DNA of 64,000 bases from Candidatus Omnitrophota bacterium (GTDB lineage: Bacteria > Omnitrophota > Gorgyraeia > Gygaellales > UBA12090): positions 46,264-110,263 of the forward strand of contig JAUSCZ010000017.1 in NCBI GenBank assembly GCA_030674475.1. Direction: 5' to 3'. This document shows positions 10,586-21,629 of the stretch, in pieces. How positions within the stretch are numbered: the stretch's first letter is position 1; the number at the start of each line of letters is the position of its first letter. The notes below the pieces were generated by a model. The model saw nothing but the letters and a program-made list of their open reading frames with translations. It did no database searches and was not told the origin of the DNA. The translations under genes and the position numbers were made by a program.

Positions 10586-11608
10586 TTATTTTACCTTACT
10601 ATATCTATATTTTTCGACCATATAAGTAGCTATATCAGACCAGTCGCTATCACTATATTCAATAAGAAGCTTATTTAATACAGATACCGACTTTCTATAA
10701 TTCTTATCCGTATCGGCATATAGCAAAGACAGAAAAAACAAGCTATCATCGCGGTATTTACTACCAGGAAAATCATTAATTAACTTAGTGTGCGCGTCAA
10801 TAGCCAGATTTCTCCTGCCATAAAGGCTATAATTCCTAGCCGCGTAAAAAAGCTTATAATCCGGCTCTTTAAAAGAAGGGAGTTTATTTTTTAAATAGGC
10901 ATCCTGATAAACATTAGCAAAGTTGCCACCCCCAAAAAAGTAATATAAATCTAACACTCTGTCAAAGAAACTTATATCCTCTATAAAACTGTTTGATCGC
11001 TTAGGCGGCATCGGAATCGGGAATAGGGTAGAATACCAAGCCATGCGGGACTGATACTCACTCTCCTCTAAATTTTTGAATGCTGGATGTTTAAAAATAA
11101 TCTGCGGATTTCTAGAAAGATCATCCAATGTCGCATATTCACCGTTGGGCAATTTAAAAAATGTGTATTCTATAGGGTCAAAAACAACCCAACGATTATG
11201 AAAATACACTTCTGAAATAGTGTGCCTGGAAACCCTGGTATTATCCATTAACATAGCATAGCGGCTGGGAATACCTTTTTTTGAGAGAAGAACATTAAAA
11301 ACCTTGGCTTGATAATCACACCATCCTATACCCATAATAAGAAAATCGAGAGGCTTGCCGTCATACGGCAGAGAATTTTTAGGTAGAAATAAATTGCTGT
11401 GAGTAAATTCAAAAAGTTTTAAGATTATCTCTTCCCGCGAATTAAAACTTTTCGTCTGGCGTTCAACAATAACTCTATCCGAAAGCTGTCGGTATGCATG
11501 ATTACTGAATTTAGCAGGCAGTAAAAATAAAGATATAAAAGGCGAGATGATCAACACTAAAGATACAACGGCTAAAACCGCAACCGTAAAACGCCACTTA
11601 ACAAACAT
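10586..11608 (-). CDS. Membrane-anchored transglutaminase-like protein with C-terminal TPR
   Basis: N-terminal TM; GWCDYQA (Cys), HTISEV (His), WVVFDP (Asp); YfiO-like TPR (FPGSKYRDDSLF). Start moved to ATG 11608. Paralog of 37051-38157. Confidence 0.7.
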   Translation of the reverse strand: MFVKWRFTVAVLAVVSLVLIISPFISLFLLPAKFSNHAYRQLSDRVIVERQTKSFNSREEIILKLFEFTHSNLFLPKNSLPYDGKPLDFLIMGIGWCDYQAKVFNVLLSKKGIPSRYAMLMDNTRVSRHTISEVYFHNRWVVFDPIEYTFFKLPNGEYATLDDLSRNPQIIFKHPAFKNLEESEYQSRMAWYSTLFPIPMPPKRSNSFIEDISFFDRVLDLYYFFGGGNFANVYQDAYLKNKLPSFKEPDYKLFYAARNYSLYGRRNLAIDAHTKLINDFPGSKYRDDSLFFLSLLYADTDKNYRKSVSVLNKLLIEYSDSDWSDIATYMVEKYRYSKVK

Positions 11609-11647
11609 AGCTGTTTCTCTCTCTATCAAAAATATTAATTATCATAA

Positions 11648-13498
11648 CTATAAGCCTCCGTTGCTTGAGCCATGGTAGATACCCTTAATTAAATCCACGA
11701 CTCTTTTGGTGGAATTTCCGTCAATTCTATAAGCATGCCTGGAAATGAAAGCTCTGCGGCTGGAAGCAAGACTAGCTTTTGCATGTTCACTACTAAAAAT
11801 ATTTTTTATCGCTTCAAAAAGTTCGTTAAAATTTTTGGCCCCTAAGGCCGCTCCCTCCTTTACAAACGGAACAAGGTCATCCGTTTTATAAAGATTTAAC
11901 GCTATGACGGGCTTATTAAGTATAACCGCGTCCAGTGCCGCCGAAGAAAAAAGCGATGTTATAACCAAAGAACTCAAAGAGATAAGCTCTAAAATATCCA
12001 CATCCTTAACCACAAAAACATTGGGGTATCTAGCGCTAATATAATCCCTGCCGGCCAAATCAAACGGATGCATTTTAATTATTAGCTGCGTGTCGGTTAG
12101 ATATTCTATCGCCTTTAAAACATAGCCTATGGAAACAAATTCCGAATCTTTAAAATAATATACATTCAACTGTTCATCAAGATCCTTAAAGAAATTCCCT
12201 ATGTAAACTATAGTTTTTTTATCCATCTGGGCGCCTAACTTCAATAAGATATCTTTCTGGGGAGGCCTATCGTAAAATCTTTTATATAACGCGTCATGCT
12301 GGAATTTACCGGTAATAACACATTTATTCGTATCACTTCCATAACGCCCATACCAATCCGTTCCGGATTCGCCCCATAAAGCTATTTTATCCGAATGAAT
12401 TTTTGTATATACGCCCCTCTCAGCTAAAAGCCCGTGCTGAATGACTAAATTCGGTATATTGCAGTTCCTCGCGCTAAGGGTTATTGTCTTTTCAAGCTCC
12501 CTGACAGCTTCCCTCAGCACGATTATCCGCGGCTTAATTTTGTTATATAGATTTGTTAAAAAACATATATTTTTTCTAATTCTGCCAAAATCATCTATAA
12601 TAATTTTTTTGATGTAATTTTCCGAAATTCCCCAGATAGAATGACCTCTATAGTTAAAATGCTTTTTCAATTCTTTTTTGGAACGCGAAAAATACAGATA
12701 TCTGAAAAATAAACCCGCGATATCAAATCCTAACGCGCGGGTTTCCGGTATCAACGGAATAAAAGGAGCTTTTTCTCTTTTGAGCAAATTATAACGCGCG
12801 CGAATCCCTTTTTCTATCAGATACATGTAGGGGCTCAGGCCCTTATCAAGAGAGTTTTTCAATTGGCCGTAAAGACGCGAATCAATAAGCAGGCAATTCT
12901 TTACCCTGCTCGTTAAAAATATTCCGCGCAATATAAAATCCAATATGTTAGCAGTAGTGTCGCTCACAAAACGGCGCAGTTGCGCAATGATATCTTTAAG
13001 AAGATTTACGTCATTATCAATTCTTACAAATGAGCCTGAAATATCAAATTCCTCTTTTACGAATAAGGGAAAACGCGCGAATATGCTGCTACTGCTTATA
13101 AAGATAATGTTATCAGGATGAAATTTATCTATCGCTTTCAATAATATTTCTATTTTTTTTATAAGCATAGTAAATATCCGCTGTGTTTTTTCTTCTACCA
13201 GCGAACCAAGCCGAATACCCTTACAGCTATCAAAACCGTCTTTTGCTCTAAGGTTAAGATACCATTTTCGCGCAAAATCAAATATATAAGCATCCATGAA
13301 CTCATAATCTTTTACTGAAAGCAATTCATCAAAATATACCACATCCACGCCAAGTTCTTTAATAGGGGAGGTATCTACATTTGATGATACGACTTTAAAA
13401 TCGGGTTGCCGGTTATGTATCAAACTTTTTATCTTCCGGACAGCTTTGTCCAGCGAATCAAAATAATCCAGAAAAATAAGGGTCTTTTTATCGCTCAT
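11648..13498 (-). CDS. GT-B capsule/nonulosonate transferase-like protein (TagF/KpsS-like C-terminus)
   Basis: VIQHG, ALWGE, IKMHP, SSAALDAVILNKPVI, DGNSTKRV; lies in a cluster with NeuB. Confidence 0.65.
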   Translation of the reverse strand: MSDKKTLIFLDYFDSLDKAVRKIKSLIHNRQPDFKVVSSNVDTSPIKELGVDVVYFDELLSVKDYEFMDAYIFDFARKWYLNLRAKDGFDSCKGIRLGSLVEEKTQRIFTMLIKKIEILLKAIDKFHPDNIIFISSSSIFARFPLFVKEEFDISGSFVRIDNDVNLLKDIIAQLRRFVSDTTANILDFILRGIFLTSRVKNCLLIDSRLYGQLKNSLDKGLSPYMYLIEKGIRARYNLLKREKAPFIPLIPETRALGFDIAGLFFRYLYFSRSKKELKKHFNYRGHSIWGISENYIKKIIIDDFGRIRKNICFLTNLYNKIKPRIIVLREAVRELEKTITLSARNCNIPNLVIQHGLLAERGVYTKIHSDKIALWGESGTDWYGRYGSDTNKCVITGKFQHDALYKRFYDRPPQKDILLKLGAQMDKKTIVYIGNFFKDLDEQLNVYYFKDSEFVSIGYVLKAIEYLTDTQLIIKMHPFDLAGRDYISARYPNVFVVKDVDILELISLSSLVITSLFSSAALDAVILNKPVIALNLYKTDDLVPFVKEGAALGAKNFNELFEAIKNIFSSEHAKASLASSRRAFISRHAYRIDGNSTKRVVDLIKGIYHGSSNGGL

Positions 13499-13506
13499 TC
13501 ATTTGT

Positions 13507-14555
13507 TTAGAGTTTTTGGGCCAATAAACGCAAATCCCCTTCTCCGAATTTTTCACGCCCATACTTATCAGCCATAATCACGTCATGATCGAAATCTGTG
13601 GGAAATCCTCCTATGAGCCTCCTGAAATTCCCGAATCCAAACCGAGACAATCTAGACGTAATTTCATCCCAGCTCGTATGCCTATAAACTGCGTTTAAAC
13701 CATCGCCAAGATGATATCTTTTGCCGGTTTCAAGATTCAATTTATCAAGTACACCTAATGTAAAATCATGCGGAACATCCCTTAGGATAAAAAGTGAAGC
13801 ATCCCACAAATCATGGCTTATAGCACCACTGCCATCAGTATAATACCAAAACCATCCGCCGGATTTTAGAACACGCCTGGCTTCACAAATCGCGGCATCT
13901 TCATCCTCAAGATGATGAAAAACTCCATTTTGAATCGCAAAATCAAATGTATTATCCGGTTGGGAAACTTTATATACCGATTCAAATTTAAATTCAATTT
14001 TATCTTCCTTGATTCCCAAGCGGTTTCTGGCATCAATGGCATATTTAATTGATTCTCTCCGTAATCTATAGCATAGACGTATTCTGCTCCCTGACGAATC
14101 AAGGCATGGGCAAAATTACCGTGCCCGCATCCAAAATCTATGCATCTAAAATCCTTCAACCAACCGTCATCCAGATTGTTAACTTTAAGTCTATAAATAT
14201 ACCTCTCAATCCTGTTTTCGTATTCTTTCTTATCAAAATTGACCCAAAGTTTCTGAAATAACTCCTTGTGCCCATCCTCTAAAGTAATCCTCTCCCTACT
14301 ATTCATATTTTTTGCGCTATTCTCAATAAAAGAAACATCGCTCCAGATTTTTAAGAACTTTATTGAGTCAAGGATTAAGCCGCGGGTCAAGGCATAGGGG
14401 TGTTCTTTTAGATTGCGGTCTAACATTATTTTCTCATAACGCATATTCAGCATTACCAGCATCAAAACCTTCCCCAATGACATCATGGGAGTATTGGAAA
14501 TCTTATCCGCTTCTTTTTTTAATTCTTCTAAATCATCCAGGTATATTTTTTCCAT
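13507..14555 (-). pseudogene. Class I SAM methyltransferase split by a 1-bp frameshift near 14051-14060
   Basis: 13866-14555 has IDFGCGHG and 13507-14019 has FDFAIQNGVFHHL...RVLKSGG. Adding one base at GGAGAGAATC gives continuous ...DYGE(E)SIKYAIDARNRLGIK. Confidence 0.8.
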
Positions 14556-14638
14556 ATTTTCGCTATTTATGTTTTCTTATTGATTCAGGATGCAGGCTGG
14601 AACCTCTCTATACTGCCATCTTCTGTTTGTGCTTTTCA

Positions 14639-15487
14639 CTATTGCTTCCCCAGGCAAGCCAGAAACGCGTATATCGTGTATTTTTCGCTGGGCTCTTTTA
14701 TGGATTCAGACTCTACTATTGAGTAACCACAGGCCTGGCTTAAATAACTAAGCGCATCCGGACTAAAAATAGTATAATGCTCTATATAAAATTCTTCTCT
14801 TTCTGTCAACTTTCCGTTATGAAGCGCGCTTAAACCGTCAGGCAGTTCTATATACACGATACCACCGCGCCCTAAAAATATCCTTGCCTTTTCCAAAAAA
14901 GATACCGGGCAATCCACATGCTCAAGGACTTTATTAAATGTTATAAGGCCGAATTTTAAACCGCTCTGATAAGAGAAAAAATCCCCCTGATAGGCGCCTT
15001 TTACTCCAACGTTATTTAGAGCATGGTTTATGGATATTGCCCCCGGGTCTATGCAATGGCCTTCCACTCCATATTTTTGAAGCTCGCCTAAAAATACGCA
15101 AAGCCCGCTGCCCACATCTAACACGCGCAACCTTTTTAATTCTATCCCCTTTTTTTCAAAAAAACGCGCAATCCTTTCGACGCGGTTTTTATTATCCGAG
15201 GAGGCAGGCGGAAAATTCATTAGCTGGTTATAGCGGGATAATATATTATTATTATAGGTGGCCGTATTATAGCTATCAACATACAGCTTATCAAAATCAT
15301 AATTGTGGAAATTGTTATAAACTCCGCAATGCCTGCATAAACAAATAATCCTATGGTAATCTTCCGGGTCTATGTCGAAATCCGTCTCTTTTTCCGGTTT
15401 TTTTGTAATAACACCGATTACTTCTAATTCTCCACAGTTACACAAATAACATTTCGAATTTTTCAATAAGGCGTTATCGTCATTCAT
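14639..15487 (-). CDS. Class I SAM methyltransferase with N-terminal Zn-binding CxxC pairs
   Basis: CYLC...CRHC; VLDVGSGL; KVLEHV; YIELPD; EHYTIFS. Confidence 0.85.
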   Translation of the reverse strand: MNDDNALLKNSKCYLCNCGELEVIGVITKKPEKETDFDIDPEDYHRIICLCRHCGVYNNFHNYDFDKLYVDSYNTATYNNNILSRYNQLMNFPPASSDNKNRVERIARFFEKKGIELKRLRVLDVGSGLCVFLGELQKYGVEGHCIDPGAISINHALNNVGVKGAYQGDFFSYQSGLKFGLITFNKVLEHVDCPVSFLEKARIFLGRGGIVYIELPDGLSALHNGKLTEREEFYIEHYTIFSPDALSYLSQACGYSIVESESIKEPSEKYTIYAFLACLGKQ

Positions 15488-15818
15488 CCAACCACCCGGA
15501 TATTTTCATTTTTTCGGTTTTCAAATATTCAGCAAACTCTTTTCTTTTGTCTTTTTCCGCCAGCATTACAAAGTAACGACCCTGGGTATTTTTTACCAGC
15601 GCTGTCTTGAAACCCTGTTTTTTTAATCTTGAATTTAAAGAAGGCGTGGCATAAAAACCCCATTCCTTAGCGGTAACATCATATTCTCTTCCACCTTTAG
15701 TCATAAATGTAACTTGCTCATTTTGCCTAAGATATATTCTCGCGCAATCTAATATGGATATATTATTCTTAATGCCCACCTTAAATACGCGGGGCGGTTT
15801 TTTCTTTATAACTTTCAT
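15480..15818 (-). CDS. Hypothetical basic protein (112 aa)
   Basis: ATG overlaps the upstream stop and the ORF overlaps the downstream start; GFYATPSLNSRL segment looks conserved. Confidence 0.7.
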   Translation of the reverse strand: MKVIKKKPPRVFKVGIKNNISILDCARIYLRQNEQVTFMTKGGREYDVTAKEWGFYATPSLNSRLKKQGFKTALVKNTQGRYFVMLAEKDKRKEFAEYLKTEKMKISGWLDE

Positions 15819-16936
15819 TTCCACTCCCAATCTTTAATAAGAAATCCTTCCATCTTCCAGGCGCCGCTTTTTTTCTTCCAGATTTTTTTATTGCGGAATC
15901 TTTCTATTATCCCAAAAAAACGCTTCTTTGATATGCCCAGATATTTACAAAATTTCTCTATATCGCAAAGTGGAATTTCCTCTTTGCGCTCTTTTACTAT
16001 CTCTATAGCTTTTTCCCTACCTATTCTGCCGTTGCGTATTTCAATAGAAAGGTTATCAAATAACCGCGTAAAACCGAATTTATACCACTTAAGATAATGA
16101 TGAATGGATATAAAATCATCGTCTATGTCGGCATAATTATAATATCCGGTTTTGGCGCCTTCCGCTCTCGGCCTAAATCCATGTTTATAGGCAATATCGT
16201 AACTTCCGCGCGGATCCCATTTAAAATAATAGCCTAAAAACACTGCCTTGATATCCTTATCTTTTAATTTTTTATCCGTAGGTCCGTAATAAGGAGTGAG
16301 TTCTTTCTTCGTAAGGCCTTTAGACACCCAATCAGCCGCGCAAGTAGAATGCGTTACGCCAAACCTCTTGACCCATGCTGAATCAAGAAGAAACCCCTCA
16401 TATCCATCTTTCTCACTTCCGTATTCGAATGCCGAGTTTTCTCCATATACTATTAAGGGTATATTAAACTTAACCGCAATATTTAATGGTATATTAAATA
16501 TCGCCATATGCATAGGTATTCCAGTTGTTCCATAGCGCACGAAAGACTTATAAAGAAATTTTTTTTCGACTTTAGGACTTATCTGATAATCTATGTGGTC
16601 AACGCCCAAATTAATCAAATTATCTAAATTTCTCGCGCCTATACCTGTCCTAGCGGGAGTTTTCCAGGTAACAGCCAATATATTAAGGCCATACTCAAGA
16701 CACTTTATCACCTGCCATGTGCTGTCCTTGCCTCCGCTTACGGGTATAAGGCAATCGTAACCCTTACTGCGTGATTTAGCGCTATGGACAACGCGCTTAA
16801 ACATAAGGCGCCGCCTCTCCCAATCTGTTTCTTCCTGCTTCTTTAAACTGTTTTTACAGGCGTTACAAACACCATTATTTGCGATTACTATGCCGGGACG
16901 CGTATCAGGAAGTATACACTTTTTACAATAATTCAT
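15815..16936 (-). CDS. N-acetyl sugar amidotransferase (WbuX/PseA-like)
   Basis: CKKCILPDTRP...GVCNAC; YDCLIPVSGGKDS PP-loop; YGEN; KFGF; IEIRNG. Confidence 0.9.
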   Translation of the reverse strand: MNYCKKCILPDTRPGIVIANNGVCNACKNSLKKQEETDWERRRLMFKRVVHSAKSRSKGYDCLIPVSGGKDSTWQVIKCLEYGLNILAVTWKTPARTGIGARNLDNLINLGVDHIDYQISPKVEKKFLYKSFVRYGTTGIPMHMAIFNIPLNIAVKFNIPLIVYGENSAFEYGSEKDGYEGFLLDSAWVKRFGVTHSTCAADWVSKGLTKKELTPYYGPTDKKLKDKDIKAVFLGYYFKWDPRGSYDIAYKHGFRPRAEGAKTGYYNYADIDDDFISIHHYLKWYKFGFTRLFDNLSIEIRNGRIGREKAIEIVKERKEEIPLCDIEKFCKYLGISKKRFFGIIERFRNKKIWKKKSGAWKMEGFLIKDWEWK

Positions 16937-16938
16937 TT

Positions 16939-18759
16939 CTAGCTATTTAGCTCTAAGAATATCTTGGCGTTTATAAAATTAAACAAAAACATACTATAAC
17001 TATTTGCCATAGGCTTTATGTTCATTATTGACTCTATCTTATCCCTTTTAATTAACTTAAAAACCGGGCTATCGCTAAGCAGGTATTCTTTATTTTCTTT
17101 CTTTTCGAAATCCACCAAAGAATGGATAGAAGCATTAAAACCTTTTTTTTGCCTGTCTAAGCGGACCCTATCGTTTAATATGCCTTTCGTTGCTTGTCGC
17201 AGTATATACTTGCCGTAGGCATTCTGAATTAAATACTCGTTAGGTATAGAGTAAGAAAATTTAAACAAGTTTGAGTCCAGGTATGGGCTTCGGTTTTCTA
17301 TGGAATAAAACATTGAATTTAAGTCATCTTCATGCAATATGACCGGTGTCGCCTCATGAAATAATTCGTTTAGCATTCTGTTTCTGAGCAGCGAATCGCA
17401 ATACCTAATCTCGCTAAATTCTTCTTTAAAATCCCGTGTAAGAAAATCCGCGAACACATCATTATTTAAATATATATGATCCCGGAAATTAATATCTTCT
17501 GAATAAAGCCGCGGATTTTGAAGATGCGGATTGCGGATAAACCCCTTCACGTTATCTTCCCATTCCTTAAGGTATCTTGGAAATTTCTGGCTGTCAGCCA
17601 TCTCATAGAGATACAAATTAAAATGGTCGTAATATCCGGTGACCAGCTCATCCGCGGCTGTGCCTGAAGCGACCACTCTGTACCCTGCCTTAGATATTGC
17701 CTCAGAAAGAAGGGAATGAATATAATATGTGATCGTATAAACAGGAGCATCGTGGTATTCTATCAGATTCTTAAGCTTTTTGAGCGTTCCATGCTGCTCT
17801 ATATTAATTATCGTATTTTTGCACCTTAAATCATCTATTGTGGCCTTTATATTGTCATACTCATTATATCTTGGGTCGCTGTCAATTATGGAAAACGTGG
17901 CGACATCATAGTTAAAAACTTTTTGTGCTATAGAAACAATGGCAGATGAATCAACGCCTCCGCTAAGACAAAAAGCCAGAGGCACGTCCGCCCGAAGCCT
18001 TATTTTTATGCTCTCTAAAAGGTAATGTTTAAATCCCTCAACGGCCTCATCTATTGTCATTGAGCGGGGGGTGTATCCGGGCGTCCAATAACGGCTTAAT
18101 TCCGGCTTTAGATCGCCGTTAATTACCATGTTAGCAGCGTAAGGCAGTTCTTTTATCTCTTTAAAGAATGTCTCGTCTGTTTTATAGAGCGCCTTATACC
18201 CATTTACGATATGCCTTAATAAATGATTATTGTTAACGGTTGGGACTATCGCGGATAAAGATTTAATGAATTTTACTTCGGAAGCAAAATATATACCGTC
18301 GGGACAACACATATAATACAAGGGTTTTTCGGCAAAACGGTCGCGGGAAAGAAAAAGTTTATTCTGGCAAGCATCAAAGATCGCGAAACTCCACATACCC
18401 TCAAAATAGCTGACACATTCTTCTTTATATAGAATATAATGCTGCAGCAGTATTTCCGTATCAGATTCGGTTTTAAGCTTGATGCCTTTGTTAATAAGCT
18501 GTTTTTTTAATTCTATGTAGTTATAAATCTCGCCGTTAAAAATCAAAGTATAATCACCTATCGTAAACGGCTGGTTAGATCTGACATCGAGGTCAATAAT
18601 GCTTAATCGCGAATGCAAAAAATAGATATATAAATCCCCGGATTTAAAAACAGCATGGCCCTGATAATCCGGGCCGCGGTTTTTCATTAAATTTAAGGCC
18701 TTTAAGATTCTTTCTTTATTAATCGGTTTTTTTCCTATGTATCCGGCTATACCGCACAT
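16939..18759 (-). CDS. asnB: Glutamine-hydrolysing asparagine synthase-family amidotransferase
   Basis: MCGIAG, RGPD, RLSIID, FNGEIYN, LSGGVDSS, ENRSPYLD, KKGF. Confidence 0.93.
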   Translation of the reverse strand: MCGIAGYIGKKPINKERILKALNLMKNRGPDYQGHAVFKSGDLYIYFLHSRLSIIDLDVRSNQPFTIGDYTLIFNGEIYNYIELKKQLINKGIKLKTESDTEILLQHYILYKEECVSYFEGMWSFAIFDACQNKLFLSRDRFAEKPLYYMCCPDGIYFASEVKFIKSLSAIVPTVNNNHLLRHIVNGYKALYKTDETFFKEIKELPYAANMVINGDLKPELSRYWTPGYTPRSMTIDEAVEGFKHYLLESIKIRLRADVPLAFCLSGGVDSSAIVSIAQKVFNYDVATFSIIDSDPRYNEYDNIKATIDDLRCKNTIINIEQHGTLKKLKNLIEYHDAPVYTITYYIHSLLSEAISKAGYRVVASGTAADELVTGYYDHFNLYLYEMADSQKFPRYLKEWEDNVKGFIRNPHLQNPRLYSEDINFRDHIYLNNDVFADFLTRDFKEEFSEIRYCDSLLRNRMLNELFHEATPVILHEDDLNSMFYSIENRSPYLDSNLFKFSYSIPNEYLIQNAYGKYILRQATKGILNDRVRLDRQKKGFNASIHSLVDFEKKENKEYLLSDSPVFKLIKRDKIESIMNIKPMANSYSMFLFNFINAKIFLELNS

Positions 18760-18782
18760 AATTAAAATTGTTTATTTTTCTT

Positions 18783-19793
18783 CTAACTAACATCGCTCCG
18801 CAAAATAAATTCCCCCTTTTTAACCGGCCTAAGAAGAGTTTTTCCTATAATTTCAGACTCCCGGCCAACGGCTAATCCGCAAGAAGGACGAACCCAAGTT
18901 ATATCATCTAACGTCAATATTTTTCCGCAACATAGGTTACGCTTTGCCGTTATCGAACGGCGCACCATATTTATAATCTGCCTTTCGCTTTTCTGCCTGA
19001 TTTTATTTCCATTGCCCATCATTTTCGCTGCCTCATTTATCTTTTTAACCATAAGCCTAAATTCTTTAGGATCAGCGGCTATCTTATGATCATGGAATTC
19101 AGAATAATTTTTATCAATTGTAAAATGTTTCTCAATGATCCTGGCGCCTAAGGCGACGGATAAAACAGCAGCATCTATACCCAAGGTATGATCCGAATAC
19201 CCTACCGTAAGGTCAAGCCTGTCTTTCAATGTCTTTATCGCTAACAAATTTGCCTCCTCAGGCTTTACCGGATAACTTGTTACGCAATGAAGCACCGCAA
19301 GCTCCTGCTTAAATTTTAACCTACGCCAGATATTAAAGATAAAATTCTTCGTTTTGATAATATCGGAAAATTCTGCTAATCCAGTAGATAAGATAATCGG
19401 TTTTTTGGTTTTCGCGATAACCTCTATTAACGGAAAAAAGTTATTATCGCCTGAAGAAATTTTAAAAGCCGGGACTAAATCTCTCAAAAAAATAGCGCTC
19501 TCTATGTCAAAGGGAGTTGAAAGAAATAAAACACGCTCATTTACAGCAACTTTGTTTAATTTTTCGAATTCTTTGTAGGTAAATTGATAACTTCTGAGTT
19601 GTCTTATCCTTTCTTTTTGACCAACAGATACCAATTTCTCCGGAACTATAGTTTGGAATTTAACCGCATGCGCGCCTGATTCAGCCGCAAGCTGTATCAT
19701 TTTCTTCGCTAAACTAAAACTGCCTTCATGATTATTGCCAATCTCGGCAACTATTAAAATATTTTCATCCAGGTCAAAATTATCTATTTTCAT
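18783..19793 (-). CDS. neuB: Nonulosonic acid synthase (NeuB/PseI/LegI family)
   Basis: AEIGNNHEG, AVKFQ, STPFD, LHCVTSYP, GYSDHTLG, IIEKHFT, C-terminal SAF domain. Confidence 0.93.
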   Translation of the reverse strand: MKIDNFDLDENILIVAEIGNNHEGSFSLAKKMIQLAAESGAHAVKFQTIVPEKLVSVGQKERIRQLRSYQFTYKEFEKLNKVAVNERVLFLSTPFDIESAIFLRDLVPAFKISSGDNNFFPLIEVIAKTKKPIILSTGLAEFSDIIKTKNFIFNIWRRLKFKQELAVLHCVTSYPVKPEEANLLAIKTLKDRLDLTVGYSDHTLGIDAAVLSVALGARIIEKHFTIDKNYSEFHDHKIAADPKEFRLMVKKINEAAKMMGNGNKIRQKSERQIINMVRRSITAKRNLCCGKILTLDDITWVRPSCGLAVGRESEIIGKTLLRPVKKGEFILRSDVS

Positions 19794-19808
19794 TTTTACG
19801 ACATAAAA

Positions 19809-20549
19809 TCACTCATTATGATAATGAAATATATAACTGCTCTCTTTAACCCTAAAACCCGCCTTTTCATAAAGCCTCAATGAAGGGATATTGGCTATCT
19901 GTGTCCCCACTCTCAATAATTTTTTACCCTTAAAATTATTTTCTGTGAAACTTATCATCGCGGAAGCAACGCCTTTGCCCTGATAAAGGATATCTACGGC
20001 AATAAGGTCTATCAAAATAGCATCATCCTTATTAATAAGCTGCAGGAATCCTATGGGTTTTTCTTTGTCTAAAGCCACAACCATCGCATTGCCGCGGATA
20101 CCCTTAAAAAAATTGCGCACCCATTCCACCTTAACAGAATCAGCGATATCTTTAGAAATTAAAGGGTCCCTATGAAACCTGCTGTATTTAAAAGCGGAAC
20201 CGGCGATCTTTTCCAGTCGGGGTTCATCACCGACAACGGCAAATCTTGTTATCCAATTTTTAACGAGTTGAGCGGATGGAAAAATTTCCTTTTCCAATAC
20301 GATATTTGTATCTATCAAATTAAAGCCTGATTTTTCCAATGCCTTAATGCTCTTAATGGACGCAGGTAAAACCTTGGCGTAAATAAAAATAGGCTGTTTC
20401 AGAAATTTTTCAAAAATGCCGTATTCTTTGCTTTCTTTGTCTGATAATGCCGCCGCTAAAATATCGTCCATACTCAAACGATAGGTTTTACGCCCAAGAA
20501 TTTGCGCCAGCCACACATCCTCTATAAAGTTAAGCTGATTATTATCCAT
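19809..20549 (-). CDS. GNAT acetyltransferase (WecD-like)
   Basis: SRFHRDP, IDLIAVD..QGKGVA, VGTQIANIPSLRLYEKAGF. Confidence 0.85.
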   Translation of the reverse strand: MDNNQLNFIEDVWLAQILGRKTYRLSMDDILAAALSDKESKEYGIFEKFLKQPIFIYAKVLPASIKSIKALEKSGFNLIDTNIVLEKEIFPSAQLVKNWITRFAVVGDEPRLEKIAGSAFKYSRFHRDPLISKDIADSVKVEWVRNFFKGIRGNAMVVALDKEKPIGFLQLINKDDAILIDLIAVDILYQGKGVASAMISFTENNFKGKKLLRVGTQIANIPSLRLYEKAGFRVKESSYIFHYHNE

Positions 20550-20568
20550 CCATGCCCTTGCTATTTAA

Positions 20569-21627
20569 TTACCGCTTATTAATTACCTCGGCTTTTTTAA
20601 CATCCTGAATATGCGGCCAGATGGATTTATACCATTCAATATATTTCACAAAACCGGCTTCCAGCGGATACCGCGGATTATAACCTAATAATTTTGTCGC
20701 TTTCTCAACCGAAAGCGTGCCTCTATCAGGCATAAGCTTGTCTTTGGGAAGGTATTTTATCTTAACATCCGGGAAATGTTCAACCAGGATAGACGCCATA
20801 TCTTTTATTGAACGCGCCTGGCCATACGTCATATTAAAAATCTGATTCTTTGAATTAGAATTTATCAAAACCTTCACTATCCCTTCCGATAAATCTCCGA
20901 TATAAGTGAAATCTAAGCAGTCGGACCCGTTTCCACTTATTGAAACATCTAACCTCCGGATGGCATTTTCAATAAAAATCTGGCCTACCCGTCTGCTTAC
21001 GCATCTTTCTCCATACAAAGCCGACGGCCTGATTATTGTAAATGGAAGATCAAAAACCTGGTTATAAGCGATAACCATCTTCTCCCCCGCAAATTTTAAT
21101 GCTCCATAAATTCCCAGAGGCTCACAAGGAGTTTCTTCAGTTACATAACCCGCGGGAAAATTACCGTAAACCATGCTGGATGAAAAATAAACAAAATGCT
21201 TGATATTTAACTCCGGAGAGCGCGCGATATCCAAAGCATTCTCTAAGGTACGAAGACTATGGTCAAAAGTTGAATAGGGATCTTTATTTGACCTGTCCGC
21301 GTGCGCGACCGCGGCAAGATGTATTATTGTGTCGGGATTAATTTTTCCTATAATATGGCTCAGTTCTATGTAAGCGCGCGAATCCTGTTCTATCAAAGCA
21401 ATGTCATTCTCCCTCAAAAGATCAAGGCGATGCTGAATTATCTCTAAATAGAGTTTTGAATTGGGAATGGCATCTATATTAGTGTTAAAATAATGGTAGT
21501 TATTCACGGCCAAGCTATCAATAACGAACACTTCCGCGCCCAAGCTGTTAAGCTTGAGTGCCAGATTGTGGCCAATAAAACCTGCTCCACCTATTAATAC
21601 AACGCGCCGCTTTGATAAATTGCTCAT
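20569..21627 (-). CDS. NAD-dependent epimerase/dehydratase
   Basis: GGAGFIG, SSSMVYG, YGALK, RPSALYG, DFTYI. Confidence 0.9.
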   Translation of the reverse strand: MSNLSKRRVVLIGGAGFIGHNLALKLNSLGAEVFVIDSLAVNNYHYFNTNIDAIPNSKLYLEIIQHRLDLLRENDIALIEQDSRAYIELSHIIGKINPDTIIHLAAVAHADRSNKDPYSTFDHSLRTLENALDIARSPELNIKHFVYFSSSMVYGNFPAGYVTEETPCEPLGIYGALKFAGEKMVIAYNQVFDLPFTIIRPSALYGERCVSRRVGQIFIENAIRRLDVSISGNGSDCLDFTYIGDLSEGIVKVLINSNSKNQIFNMTYGQARSIKDMASILVEHFPDVKIKYLPKDKLMPDRGTLSVEKATKLLGYNPRYPLEAGFVKYIEWYKSIWPHIQDVKKAEVINKR

Positions 21628-21629
21628 AT

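Noticed and set aside
16939-18759. asnB and the transketolase genes as central metabolism
   Set aside because: They are embedded in a sugar-modification operon, so glycan tailoring is more plausible.
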